The notes below the pieces were generated by a model. That model did no database searches. It worked only from the letters and a program-made list of their open reading frames with translations, and was not told the origin of the DNA. A stretch of 64,000 nucleotides of DNA. Source: Macrostomum lignano. Its lineage: Eukaryota. Where the stretch lies: positions 310,001 through 374,000 of the forward strand of contig NIVC01001089.1 in the NCBI GenBank assembly GCA_002269645.1, in the 5' to 3' direction. Made by a program: the position numbers and the translations under genes. Below are positions 41,091 through 54,600 of the stretch, one piece after another (position 1 is the stretch's first letter; the number at the start of each line of letters is the position of its first letter).

Positions 41091-41734
41091 TCATAGAGGG
41101 CATTGTTTATTAGTTGATGAGCTATATTTACATATATACTTCTATTTGAATAGTAATCCGGGAAGTTATTTGTAAACAAAGTTTCTTCTGGTCACGAGAC
41201 AGGTTGCATAGTATTTTCGTCTTATGTATAAATACATTCTTTTTAATTGTTTGAGTTGTCCCTTAATAATAAAATCGTGTATCTTTTGTGAGTTTTGATT
41301 GGTTATTAATCTGTAAATACAAGCGTACAGTCTAATTATGTGTGAGCAATATTAATAATCATTTGTTTAAATAAGCTCTCAAATTGGTTTGGATGGCTAT
41401 ATTTGAACCCTCCCTGTACATAATTTACATAGAAATTTTTGTGTCAGATGTTAAATCAATTGGTTGGCTCCTTTTCTCTGGTAATTTAATATTAAACTAT
41501 CATATTTTGGTGCATTGTTATAATGTTATCTTGTTATTTTTAAAGAAAATATGGTGTTTTGCTTTTATGTACTTCTACTGTTCTTACGAAATTATAATTT
41601 TCTAATCAGTTTTAATTTGTAGCAAACAAATACAACAAATCAGAGTTTTATTAACAATAATTTCTGCGCTTTCTGGCATATAAAAAGTAAAGACTTAGCT
41701 TTTAGAGTCCGCGTTTTTTTCAGTAATAATAATT

Positions 41735-42015
41735 CTGTGTGTCAGTGCCGCTAAACTGTGTGTCAGTGCTGCTAAACTGTGTGTCAGTGCTGCTAAACTG
41801 TGTGTCAGTGCCGCTAAACTGTGTGTCAGTGCTGCTAAACTGTGTCAGTGCTGCTAAACTGTGTGTCAGTGCTGCTAAACTGTGTCAGTGCTGCTAAACT
41901 GTGTGTCAGTGCTGCTAAACTGTGTGTCAGTGCTGCTAAACTGTGTGTCAGTGCTGCTAAACTGTGTGTCAGTGCCGCTAAACTGTGTGTCAGTGCCGCT
42001 AAACTGTGTGTCAGT
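41735..42015. repeat. 21-bp minisatellite GTGTGTCAGTGCTGCTAAACT
   Basis: Tandem units. Confidence 0.93.
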
Positions 42016-42239
42016 TCCAAATTATATTTCTTCATACAATCCCAAGTTTTATTAATCCAGTTATTCCTAAACTGACATTGTCTAGGTAGGTAAAATGCTC
42101 TCGAGAAAATAGCTAAAAAATTCTTTAATACAACGTACATTATATGTAGGGATCGACCAGTATTCAACCTTTATTGTACAGTAATTTCCTTCGTAATCAT
42201 GCGATCGATACGTGCATACCGGCTGATGCGATGCCTATT

Positions 42240-42940
42240 TTTGGAGCCACCGAGCTGGGGAGCTAAACCACGGAAATGCCACGGCCTCGCCGAGTAGCTG
42301 GGTAGCTAAACCACGGAAATACCACGGCATCGCCGCGGAAGAACATTCAAACAAGCATCTAATCTATACTGTTTAACAAGTGGCAATTCCATGGGAAATC
42401 ACAGGGCTGGCCGTGTGATGGCCTTCTGCCAGTATATTTCTTTTATTAATCTTGAATTAAATACAAGTATTTTCTCCTTCAAGTACGTGCTATATTGATC
42501 TAAAATAGTGTATTCTTCATTGTTGTCCTAATTCGCGGATTTTTGGTAAGTTGATTATCTAATACCTTTTTTATACTGTATCCTTGCTTAGGGCCAGTCT
42601 AATTTAGTACCGGATTAAGAACCTTCACTTCAATGGTAAAATTCGCACAGTTACTGCCCTTTGAGCTTTATGTACGAATAATAATAATTAAGACCGTACC
42701 CGTATAGTACGAGCTATATGGGCGTATTTATTAGATTTTTCAAGGTAAAATACTCAAACTCTCATTCACGTTTTCCTACTGTATGTCAGCTGTCGAGGAA
42801 ATTCCCACTTAAGTGTGCACTGGGCTTTGTACATGCTATCCCGTTTCTCCCGCGGTAATTCCGTGGCTTTGCCGGCCCGGCCGGCCGCGGCTAATCTGTG
42901 GGAATTCCCCGGGAAAAAAATGGCTTGAAACAAATCGTCT
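42240..42940. mobile_element. Possible non-autonomous DNA element with GC-rich inverted subterminal motifs
   Basis: AAACCACGGAAATACCACGG near 42308 versus CCGCGGTAATTCCGTGGCTTT near 42850; related motifs at about 51015-51045; ends and TSD not defined. Confidence 0.25.
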
Positions 42941-43081
42941 CTTATATAAAATTAAGTGGTAGCATGACTCACCCTCCGATCTCATCTTTCAGTTTCCGAC
43001 CTTTTACCTCTCTTTCTAAGCTCACTTATCACTCATCCTAGAATCTCACTTTTCAGCTGAATTCAAGCTGTTCCGATCAAC

Positions 43082-46000
43082 ATGCAATTCGGAAGTTGTC
43101 TACTGACGCTGTTTCTGATATTACATGCAATTGTCCGAGGGTAAGCTAATGAGCATTGACTACTGATTTACTTGAGTAGTAAGTAACATATGCGCATCGT
43201 AATTTACTGTTCGAAAACTTAATTCTATCACACAGAACCTCTGCCGGTATGCACTTTTGCCTGCCAAAAACAACTACCACTATTGGCATGAAAATGGACG
43301 CACTTCATCAGGACATCGTCACTCTAGTTGCTAGGCCAGATACTTCATCGCCCGCTGCACTTTATGAGTCGTCGAATTTCAACTGCAGCTGGAATTTACT
43401 AGCCAAACCCTGTTCCCGGAACAGTGAGCGGCAGTTGATCCTGATTGGGGATCCATCGAGTAAAGACGGCAATATGAATGCGAGCCCAATGCGGTACCGG
43501 CTGAGTGAGTCCGAGTTTGCAGTGTACCCTGGCCTGATTCACGGAGTCACTCTGGGCGCCAAGTGAGTGCTGAAATATGCCGACTTAATAATGATAATAA
43601 TACTAACGACCTTCATTTGATTCTTGACTTTTGAGCTCTATATAAATCCTTAATAAAACGCAGGAACTGCAATTGGAAGGGTCGCAACCGTAGGGAGCGC
43701 AAATGTTTGGTGTCTTGGTAGGCACCCCTGTCTCTTGGTGGGCGCCCCTGTGTCTTGGTAGGCACCCCTGTCTCTTGGTGGGCGCCCCTGTCTCTTGGTG
43801 GGCGCCCCTGTCTCTTGGTGGGCGCCCCTGTCTCTTGGTGGGCGCCCCTTTCTCTTGGTGGGCACCCCTGTCTCTTGGTGGGCGCCCCTGTCTCTTGGTG
43901 GGCGCCCCTGTGTCTTGGTGGGCGCCCCTGTCTCTTGGTGGGCGCCCCTGTCTCTTGGTGAGCGCCCCTGTCTCTTGGTGGGCGCCCCTGTCTTTTGGTG
44001 GGCGCCCCTGTCTCTTGGTGGGCGCCCCTGTCTCTTGGTGGGCGCCACTGTCTTTTGGTGGGCGCCCCTGTCTCTTGGTGGGCGCCCCTGTCTCTTGGTG
44101 GGCGCCCCTGTCTCTTGGTGGGCGCCCCTTTCTCTTGGTGGGCACCCCTGTCTCTTGGTGGGCGCCCCTTTCTCTTGGTAGGCACCCCTGTCTCTTGGTG
44201 GGCGCCCCTGTGTCTTGGTGGGCGCCCCTTTCTCTTGGTGGGCGCCCCTGTGTCTTGGTGGGCGCCCCTGTCTCTTGGTGGGCGCCCCTGTCTCTTGGTG
44301 GGCGCCCCTTTCTCTTGGTGGGCGCCCCTGTCTCTTGGTGGGCGCCCCTGTCTCTTGGTGAGCGCCCCTGTGTCTTGGTGGGCGCCCCTGTCTCTTGGTG
44401 GGCGCCACTGTCTCTTGGTGGGCGCCCCTGTCTCTTGGTAGGCGCCCCTGTCTCTTGGTGGGCGCCCTTGTCTCTTGGTAGGCGCCCCTGTCTCTTGGTG
44501 GGCGCCCCTGTCTCTTGGTGAGCGCCCCTGTCTCTTGGTGGGCGCCCCTGTCTTTTGGTGGGCGCCCCTGTCTCTTGGTGGGCGCCCCTTTCTCTTGGTG
44601 GGCGCCCCTGTCTTTTGGTGGGCGCCCCTGTCTCTTGGTGGGCGCCCCTGTCTCTTGGTAGGCGCCCCTGTCTTTTGGTGGGCGCCCCTGTGTCTTGGTG
44701 GGCGCCCCTGTCTCTTGGTGGGCGCCACTGTCTTTTGGTGGGCGCCCCTGTCTCTTGGTGGGCGCCCCTGTCTCTTGGTAGGCGCCACACGAGCAATTTA
44801 TTTGAACGTCAATCGCGCAAATCCTCATTGTTGTATTACAACCTGTACCGCTTCTCCCACACCCTGCAGCAGCTGCATCATCAAGGTGTCGGCCCCCATA
44901 ACCTCCCAGCATCCTGCCACCCCGGAGCCGCCCAGTCTCACAGCGGTGCTGCTTCATCCCGAGATCTGTGCCAGGGACTTTCTCCAGTTCAAGGGCGGCT
45001 GCTACACAGCCAGTCGAATCCGTCAGAGCTTCAAGGACTTCTCAAGCAGCATCCTGGGCTCTGCTCAGCTGGCCAGTTTCTCCAGCAAGGCTGAGATCAG
45101 CAGCTTCATCGAAGCGAGTGAGTCCACTCGAGACGAGATTGAGTATTGAGATTGAGTATACAATAGAGGAATTTAAGTAACAGCATTAACTAAATTCACT
45201 TGAGACATCAATTAAGTGAAATAAACTTACTTGCTATTATCCCAGACCTGGTCCGAGCGCGGGTTCATCCGTACAGACCGCCTCTGGACCTGACACAGCC
45301 GACTCAAATCGCCGTGTTTTACAGACCCTCCGATCACAGCGTGCTCTCGCTTGCTTGGAATGAGACTCACTGCTCGCTGGAGCCAGTTGCTGAGCTGCAG
45401 AGCCTGGCAGATCATCTGTGAGTATCTGGGATTCTATATTTTGATAGTTGTTTGTGTGTCTTCTACCTGACTTGTTTGTGTGTCTTCTACCTGACTTGTT
45501 TGTGTGTCTTCTACCTGACTTGTTTGTGTGTCTTCTACCTGACTTGTTTGTGTGTCTTCTACCTGACTTGTTTGTGTGTCTTCTACCTGACTTGTTTGTG
45601 TGTCTTCTACCTGACTTGTTTGTGTGTCTTCTACCTGACTTGTTTGTGTGTCTTCTATCTGACTTGTTTGTGTGTCTTCTACCTGAGTTGTTTGTGTGTC
45701 TTCTACCTGACTTGTTTGTGTGTCTTCTACCTGACTTGTTTGTGTGTCTTCTATCTGAGTTGTTTGTGTGTCTTCTATCTGAGTTGTTTGTGTGTCTTCT
45801 ATCTGAGTTGTTTGTGTGTCTTCTATCTGACTTGTTTGTGTGTCTTCTATCTGACTTGTTTGTGTGTCTTCTATCTGACTTGTTTGTGTGTCTTCTATCT
45901 GACTTGTTTGTGTGTCTTCTATCTGACTTGTTTGTGTGTCTTCTATCTGACTTGTTTGTGTTTCTGAACTTCCAGCCGACGCAGACTGCCAGACCATCGC

Positions 46001-46447
46001 ACAGCCAAAGCGCCCACCCTGCTCTGCGCACACCTCACCGCACCTGCGGAGAAGTCGTTAGCATCAAATTGGTCGATCGTCTTCGCTGACTGCGGCACTC
46101 CGATGCTGTCGCTGGTGGCCACCCGTCAGGCCCCGCAGTGCAACCTCAGCGATGCCATGCTGAAGGCTTTCAACAACGTCGAGACAGAAGCGCCGCTCGG
46201 AGGTGTGCAGAATGAGACCCGGCAGCGGTCTCAGACAGAACTGGGCTCGACTTCTGGATTGGGAAGCTCAGGAGGGACCGCGGCTGCCGCCGTCCTTGTC
46301 CCTGGTTTCTTTATTGTATTTTTATTCGCCGTTTTCTTAATCGCTCGGCGAAGGTTTCCGTCGGTTTGCGAGCATTCTGAGTCAGGTGCTGACGACGCTC
46401 AAACTCTCAGCACAATCAGTTATCCGAGTTCCAGCTGCTCAAATTGA
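43082..46447 (+). CDS. Type I membrane protein: signal peptide, CUB-like, C-type-lectin-like, TM, short tail (paralog 1); exons 43082-43140, 43236-43562, 44870-45117, 45246-45417, 45976-46447
   Basis: All introns GT-AG with phases 2,2,1,2 and one open frame. MQFGSCLLTLFLILHAIVRG signal peptide; SSPAALYESSNFNCSWNL (CUB-like); CARDFLQFKGGCYT...LASFSSKAEISSFI and LLCAHL...W...DC (CTLD-like); VLVPGFFIVFLFAVFLIA-RRR TM. Confidence 0.75.
43705..44787. repeat. 20-bp intronic minisatellite GGCGCCCCTGTCTCTTGGTG (paralog 1 intron 2)
   Basis: Exact 20-nt periodicity. Confidence 0.97.
45447..45960. repeat. 24-bp intronic minisatellite (paralog 1 intron 4)
   Basis: ttgtttgtgtgtcttcta(c/t)ctga(c/g) units. 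Confidence 0.96.
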
Positions 46448-47368
46448 AGCTTTGGCGAGTTTGAGACTATAATTTAGTATAAATTTGCTTAACCAGTTTA
46501 CAGTGAAGTTGGCATTGCAGCTGAAATGAATTGCGAAATAACAAAGAGCACAGGGCTCTGAAAGCTAAGTCACTTTTACTACAGCTTCAAAGGGTGCTAC
46601 TTAACCGAAAATGTTGTCCTAGAAATTTTTTAATCCATAGAGCTCAAGAGCACCCTCTGTCACAGTTTAGATAAGCACACCATAAACTGGCCCGCGAAAC
46701 ACAATGAGGACTGCGAGACCAAAGATGCCTTAAGAGAACTGGACCTGCCTAAATTGCCATGTGTGGAGTAGAAAGTGAAGTTCATTCTCTGTTTAGGTGT
46801 GCTTCCCGTGATAAATTTGAACAGGAAATCTCAGATAAAGTTTCGAATTTAAAAGTCTTACAGCAGAAGTTAAAGTGTTTTCCGAATATCTCTAGAAGAT
46901 AGAGGCCATAATGTAACTTCTAGCAAAATTCATCACTCAAGCAGGCATGACTCAAGCCAGAATGCAGCTGCCCAGAGGCTTCATATTGGTACGTTACCCG
47001 AAAAAAGCTTGAACTCTTTGTTTGCGCAAACGATATTTTAACACTCGTTTCCCCAAAAATACTTCCTCAGCAGCTTTTTTGTATTAACTTATCTCATAAA
47101 ATATAATACTCGGCACCCTCTCTGTAATGCTTATCATAATAATGCTTATCAGTAACAATAATAGTAAAATATAAATAATTTACAAACGCTTGATGCATTA
47201 TTCGTATGTTATTGACTTTGCTTGCAGAAATATATTCAAATAGCTAATGGTATGAGGCATGATGGGTAGGTAAGGTATGTAAAAAGATGGCGCGATTCAC
47301 AGTCAGGCCCAGACAGCGAGCTCTGTCCTCTGTCAGGCCGCCACAGGCTGCTGATAAAGAAAAAATGA

Positions 47369-50300
47369 GAGACAGTCCGATGCAGACTCACAAGGTGTGG
47401 GACAGTCCGATACAGACTCACAAGGTGTGGGACAGTCCGATACAGACTCACAAGGTGTGGGACAGTCCGATACAGACTCACAAGGTGTGGGACAGTCCGA
47501 TGCAGACTCTCAAGGTGTGGGACAGTCCGATACAGACTCACAAGGTGTGGGACAGTCCGATACAGACTCACAAGGTGTGGGACAGTCCGATACAGACTCA
47601 CAAGGTGTGGGACAGTCCGATACAGACTCACAAGGTGTGGGACAGTCCGATACAGACTCACAAGGTGTGGGACAGTCCGATACAGACTCACAAGGTGTGG
47701 GACAGTCCGATACAGACTCACAAGGTGTGGGACAGTCCGATACAGACTCACAAGGTGTGGGACAGTCCGATGCAGACTCTCAAGGTGTGGGACAGTCCGA
47801 TACAGACTCACAAGGTGTTGGGACAGTCCGATACAGACTCACAAGGTGTGGGACAGTCCGATGCAGACTCTCAAGGTGTGGGACAGTCCGATACAGACTC
47901 ACAAGGTGTGGGACAGTCCGATACAGACTCACAAGGTGTGGGACAGTCCGATGCAGACTCACAAGGTGTGGGACAGTCCGATGCAGACTCACAAGGTGTG
48001 GGACAGTCCGATGCAGACTCACAAGGTGTGGGACAGTCCGATACAGACTCACAAGGTGTGGGACAGTCCGATGCAGACTCACAAGGTGTGGGACAGTCCG
48101 ATACAGACTCACAAGGTGTGGGACAGTCCGATACAGACTCACAAGGTGTGGGACAGTCCGATGCAGACTCTCAAGGTGTGGGACAGTCCGATACAGACTC
48201 ACAAGGTGTGGGACAGTCCGATACAGACTCACAAGGTGTGGGACAGTCCGATACAGACTCACAAGGTGTTGGGACAGTCCGATACAGACTCACAAGGTGT
48301 GGGACAGTCCGATACAGACTCACAAGGTGTGGGACAGTCCGATACAGACTCACAAGGTGTGGGACAGTCCGATGCAGACTCACAAGGTGTGGGACAGTCC
48401 GATGCAGACTCTCAAGGTGTGGGACAGTCCGATGCAGACTCACAAGGTGTGGGACAGTCCGATGCAGACTCACAAGGTGTGGGACAGTCCGATGCAGACT
48501 CTCAAGGTGTGGGACAGTCCGATACAGACTCACAAGGTGTGGGACAGTCCGATACAGACTCACAAGGTGTGGGACAGTCCGATACAGACTCACAAGGTGT
48601 GGGACAGTCCGATACAGACTCACAAGGTGTGGGACAGTCCGATACAGACTCACAAGGTGTGGGACAGTCCGATACAGACTCACAAGGTGTGGGACAGTCC
48701 GATACAGACTCACAAGGTGTGGGACAGTCCGATACAGACTCACAAGGTGTGGGACAGTCCGATGCAGACTCTCAAGGTGTGGGACAGTCCGATACAGACT
48801 CACAAGGTGTTGGGACAGTCCGATACAGACTCACAAGGTGTGGGACAGTCCGATGCAGGCTCTCAAGGTGTGGGACAGTCCGATACAGACTCACAAGGTG
48901 TGGGACAGTCCGATACAGACTCACAAGGTGTGGGACAGTCCGATGCAGACTCACAAGGTGTGGGACAGTCCGATGCAGACTCACAAGGTGTGGGACAGTC
49001 CGATACAGACTCACAAGGTGTGGGACAGTCCGATGCAGACTCACAAGGTGTGGGACAGTCCGATACAGACTCACAAGGTGTGGGACAGTCCGATGCAGAC
49101 TCTCAAGGTGTGGGACAGTCCGATGCAGACTCACAAGGTGTGGGACAGTCCGATACAGACTCACAAGGTGTGGGACAGTCCGATACAGACTCACAAGGTG
49201 TTGGGACAGTCCGATACAGACTCACAAGGTGTGGGACAGTCCGATACAGACTCACAAGGTGTGGGACAGTCCGATACAGACTCACAAGGTGTGGGACAGT
49301 CCGATGCAGACTCACAAGGTGTGGGACAGTCCGATGCAGACTCTCAAGGTGTGGGACAGTCCGATGCAGACTCACAAGGTGTGGGACAGTCCGATGCAGA
49401 CTCACAAGGTGTGGGACAGTCCGATGCAGACTCTCAAGGTGTGGGACAGTCCGATACAGACTCACAAGGTGTGGGACAGTCCGATACAGACTCACAAGGT
49501 GTGGGACAGTCCGATACAGACTCACAAGGTGTGGGACAGTCCGATACAGACTCACAAGGTGTGGGACAGTCCGATACAGACTCACAAGGTGTGGGACAGT
49601 CCGATACAGACTCACAAGGTGTGGGACAGTCCGATACAGACTCACAAGGTGTGGGACAGTCCGATACAGACTCACAAGGTGTGGGACAGTCCGATGCAGA
49701 CTCTCAAGGTGTGGGACAGTCCGATACAGACTCACAAGGTGTTGGGACAGTCCGATACAGACTCACAAGGTGTGGGACAGTCCGATGCAGACTCTCAAGG
49801 TGTGGGACAGTCCGATACAGACTCACAAGGTGTGGGACAGTCCGATACAGACTCACAAGGTGTGGGACAGTCCGATGCAGACTCACAAGGTGTGGGACAG
49901 TCCGATGCAGACTCACAAGGTGTGGGACAGTCCGATACAGACTCACAAGGTGTGGGACAGTCCGATGCAGACTCACAAGGTGTGGGACAGTCCGATGCAG
50001 ACTCACAAGGTGTGGGACAGTCCGATACAGACTCACAAGGTGTGGGACAGTCCGATGCAGACTCTCAAGGTGTGGGACAGTCCGATGCAGACTCACAAGG
50101 TGTGGGACAGTCCGATACAGACTCACAAGGTGTTGGGACAGTCCGATACAGACTCACAAGGTGTGGGACAGTCCGATACAGACTCACAAGGTGTGGGACA
50201 GTCCGATGCAGACTCACAAGGTGTGGGACAGTCCGATACAAACTCACAAGGTGTGGGACAGTCCGATACAGACTCACAAGGTGTGGGACAGTCCGATACA

Positions 50301-50554
50301 GACTCACAAGGTGTGGGACAGTCCGATACAGACTCACAAGGTGTGGGACAGTCCGATGCAGACTCTCAAGGTGTGGGACAGTCCGATACAGACTCACAAG
50401 GTGTTGGGACAGTCCGATACAGACTCACAAGGTGTGGGACAGTCCGATGCAGACTCACAAGGTGTGGGACAGTCCGATACAGACTCACAAGGTGTGGGAC
50501 AGTCCGATACAGACTCACAAGGTGTGGGACAGTCCGATACAGACTCACAAGGTG
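47369..50554. repeat. 3.2-kb 30-bp minisatellite GACAGTCCGAT(A/G)CAGACTC(A/T)CAAGGTGTGG with higher-order structure
   Basis: 30-nt periodicity interrupted by seven +1 T units. Confidence 0.98.
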
Positions 50555-51669
50555 TCATAGCTCATATACGACTCAATATTGTCCTATATGACCCAGTGAG
50601 AAAACACACTCCATGTAAGTCAAATGTTTGTGTTCTTCTTTTCTCTCACTTTCTCTCTCTCTCTCTCTTTCTCTTTGACGATGTCTCAGATATCTAATGT
50701 CTCAGTTAAATGTCTCAGTTTTAATCAGTTAAAAAAGTAAAAGGTCCGATAGCCCTTGCTATAACCCTTGCTATGGGTTCCTAGTGGTCCTTGCGCGTGC
50801 CACTAGCCGGCTGCTTAAAACTTGTACTGTACCCTGAATACAAACTTTACTGAATAGCAGCACGTAAGTGTGCATTAGAATGGAATGAAATATTTATGAA
50901 TTATTCATAGTCAAGTAGTTTCCGTTAGCCAAGTCGTCATGGCCCGAAATACCCGCGCCATTCTCATCGCTATTATTGGAGCCTATTCAATGTACACTTG
51001 CTGGAATTGCCGCTCCGCCACGGGGAATTCCGCGGTTAGCCCTCGGTCATGCCGCAATGATTTACTGTCTTCTGGGGATAAATCCAAGGGCATTCCGCAG
51101 ATAATTCCAAGGGCATCCCAAGGAATTGCTTTGTAATTGCCTCCGAGTTTTTCTTAAACTGTGCTTTAACAAAATCTACTTTGAGAGAGTCGTCTTAATT
51201 AGCCTATCTGTCCATGCAAAAAATTGGTAAGTTTCAATTTAAACATCCCCTTTTGTTAAATTTTGTGTTTAACATGCAGAATACCGTAACTCTAACTAGC
51301 TTTATTAGATAATTGTTACAGGTGCTAATTCTTGTTCCAGCTTAGAGCTTTTTAAATAGATGTAAAAATTAAACTACTAAAATAGTTGTTTTAATTACCT
51401 TGCCGCCCAAGCCTTTGCTAAATTGTAGCACTATTTTTAGTTCCATGTTGCTTCTGTACACTTGTAGCAGTACACTGTCAAATGTAATGTAGATATCATA
51501 CTGTACATTGACTAGGGTATGACCGCCAACTGACGAAAAGTACATTTTATATGAAAATAAATTTTACTGCAAAGGACTTATCCGTTCGTTTTTTAATTGC
51601 TACTTAACAAAAAATCATAGCTGGAAAAAAACGAATCGATACTTCAAATTTCAACACTTCAGAATTAAG

Positions 51670-54600
51670 ATGTGTGAGCGTTTTGGCGAAATCCTTATTA
51701 TCATCATTTGCGCTGCAAGCATTCTAAGGTGAGTCTATTGCTGAAATGTCAAAGTAGGCCAATTTTTTTGCCAATTTGCCAATTCAACGCAAATTTGCGG
51801 TCATTTACAATGATTTAAGAAGACTTACACACACTAAATTACGTCTTTCAGCGCCACTGCTGGCGAACACCATTGCTACAACTCTCAAATGAATGAAATC
51901 GACATTGCCCAACGCCATCAAAAGGACGAGACCCTGATTGCGGAACTGGAACCAACCAGTGCTGCTATAAGAGTCTCGCACCCGACACCCACAAACTGTC
52001 AATGGGAGATTTCCTGCTCTGGACTGAGGCCAAATGCGTCAATGCAGATGGCACTCATTGCAGGCAGGTTCAACAGCAACATCGCCATGCGCTATCTGCT
52101 TGGTGAGCAGCAGTACGACGTTTATAACGGCCTGATGCACGGAATCACCCTGGGGAATGGGTGAGTACTAACGCTTGGAGTCTTGGGTTATCATGGTGTG
52201 AGACCAGCTAGCATCTAATCAGCACTCTGAGACAGTGTGAGACCAGCTAGCATCTAATCAGCACTCTGAGACAGTGTGAGACCAGCTAGCATCTAATCAG
52301 CACTCTGAGACAGTGTGAGACCAGCTAGCATCTAATTAGCACTCTGAGACAGTGTGAGACCAGCTAGCATCTAATTAGCACTCTGAGACAGTGTGAGACC
52401 AGCTAGCATCTAATCAGCACTCTGAGACAGTGTGAGACCAGCTAGCATCTAATTAGCACTCTGAGACAGTGTGAGACCAGCTAGCATCTAATCAGCACTC
52501 TGAGACAGTGTGAGACCAGCTAGCATCTAATCAGCACTCTGAGACAGTGTGAGACCAGCTAGCATCTAATTAGCACTCTGAGACAGTGTGAGACCAGCTA
52601 GCATCTAATTAGCACTCTGAGACAGTGTGAGACCAGCTAGCATCTAATTAGCACTCTGAGACAGTGTGAGACCAGCTAGCATCTAATTAGCACTCTGAGA
52701 CAGTGTGAGACCAGCTAGCATCTAATTAGCACTCTAAGACAGTGTGAGACCAGCTAGCATCTAATTAGCACTCTGAGACAGTGTGAGACCAGCTAGCATC
52801 TAATTAGCACTCTGAGACAGTGTGAGACCAGCTAGCATCTAATTAGCACTCTAAGACAGTGTGAGACCAGCTAGCATCTAATTAGCATTCTGAGACAGTG
52901 TGAGACCAGCTAGCATCTAATTAGCACTCTGAGACAGTGTGAGACCAGCTAGCATCTAATTAGCACTCTGAGTCAGTGTGAGACCAGCTAGCATCTAATT
53001 AGCATTCTGAGACAGTGTGAGACCAGCTAGCATCTAATTAGCACTCTGAGACAGTGTGAGAGACCAGCTAGCATCTAATTAGCACTCTGAGACAGTGTGA
53101 GACCAGCTAGCATCTAATTAGCACTCTGAGTCAGTGTGAGACCAGCTAGCATCTAATTAGCACTCTGAGTCAGTGTGAGACCAGCTAGCATCTAATTAGC
53201 ACTCTGAGACAGTGTGAGACCAGCTAGCATCTAATTAGCACTCTGAGACAGTGTGAGACCAGCTTACCCATTGTTGTTTTGCATACTACGAGCCTATTAT
53301 AGAACATATTTTATATATTTTATATATTACCAATGGTAACCGACCCAATCAACCTGCAGGAGCTGCATCATCAAGGTGTCGGCCTCCGTGAGCTCCCAGC
53401 ATCCTCCGGACCCACCCAGTCTAAGAGTGGTGCTGCTTCAACCCACGACCTGTGCTAGGGGCTTTCTCTATTATCAAGGCGGCTGCTACACAGCCAGTGG
53501 AAGCCGTCAGAGCTTCAAGGACTTCTCGAGCAGCATCCTGGGCTCTGCTCAGCTGGCCAGCTTCTCCAGCATGGCTGAGATCAGCAGCTTCATCACTGCG
53601 AGTAGGTAGAGTAGACATGGAGGATAGTGGAGTAGACATGGAGGATAGTGGAGTAGACATGAAGGATAGTGGAGTAGACATGGAGGATAGTGGAGTAGAC
53701 ATGGAGGATAGTGGAGTAGACATGGAGGATAGTGGAGTAGACATGGAGGATTAAAGCGGAGGGAAGCTGAGGTTGATGCAACAGAAAGTGATGAGAAAAG
53801 AAATAAAATATGAGAGCCATGAATAGAGATTTGACAAAACTTCAAAGTCCTTTGCCGAACTTTTCAGACATGGCCATCGTGCCGGACTATTGGCGACCCC
53901 TCAGCTTCACCCAGCCTGTCCGGATCGGTCTGTTCTACCGGACAGCCGATGCTGTCGTCCTGTCACTGGCCTCAAACTCCACCAGCTGCTGGCTACAGCC
54001 GGCGCCTCAGTTTAAACAATTTCGGTGAGCGTCCTGTATGTACTATCTGCACTCTCCGCCTATCCGCTCTCTCCTGACTGTGTGACTCACTCTCTAACTG
54101 TGTGACCCGCTCTCTGACTGTGTGACCCGCTCTCTGACTGTGTGACCCGCTCTCTGACTGTGTGACCCGCTCTCTGACTGTGTGACCCGCTCTCTGACTG
54201 TGTGACCCGCTCTCTGACTGTGTGACCCGCTCTCTGACTGTGTGACCCGCTCTCTGACTGTGTGACCCGCTCTCTGACTGTGTGACCCGCTCTCTGACTG
54301 TGTGACCCGCTCTCTGACTGTGTGACCCGCTCTCTGACTGTGTGACCCGCTCTCTGACTGTGTGACCCGCTCTCTGACTGTGTGACCCGCTCTCTGACTG
54401 TGTGACCCGCTCTCTGACTGTGTGACCCGCTCTCTGACTGTGTGACCCGCTCTCTGACTGTGTGACCCGCTCTCTCTCCTGACTGTGTGACCCGCTCTCT
54501 CTCCTGACTGTGTGACCCGCTCTCTCTCCTGCCTGTGTGACTCTCTCTCCTGCCTGTGTGACCCTCTCTTCTTCTGTCTGTGTGACCCTCTCTCTCCTGC

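Noticed and set aside
42578-42585. U12-type donor GTATCCTT
   Set aside because: Isolated 8-mer with no upstream exon or U12 branch site identified
43603-44957. Minus-strand ORFs with AT-hook-like RQGRPPR repeats
   Set aside because: 20-bp unit cycling through frames, antisense to an intron of paralog 1
45237-46089. Mucin-like TQTSQVED and other repeat ORFs
   Set aside because: 24-bp intronic array bounded by good splice sites of paralog 1
47287-50697. 1136-, 1064- and 904-aa ORFs (GQSDTDSQGV and related repeats)
   Set aside because: Stop-free 30-bp unit read in all three frames; the +1 T units rotate the peptide between frames, which a real repeat protein would not tolerate
52196-53264. 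CRISPR-like regular repeats (also other 28-39-bp arrays)
   Set aside because: Head-to-tail units with no unique spacers, no cas genes, eukaryotic intronic context
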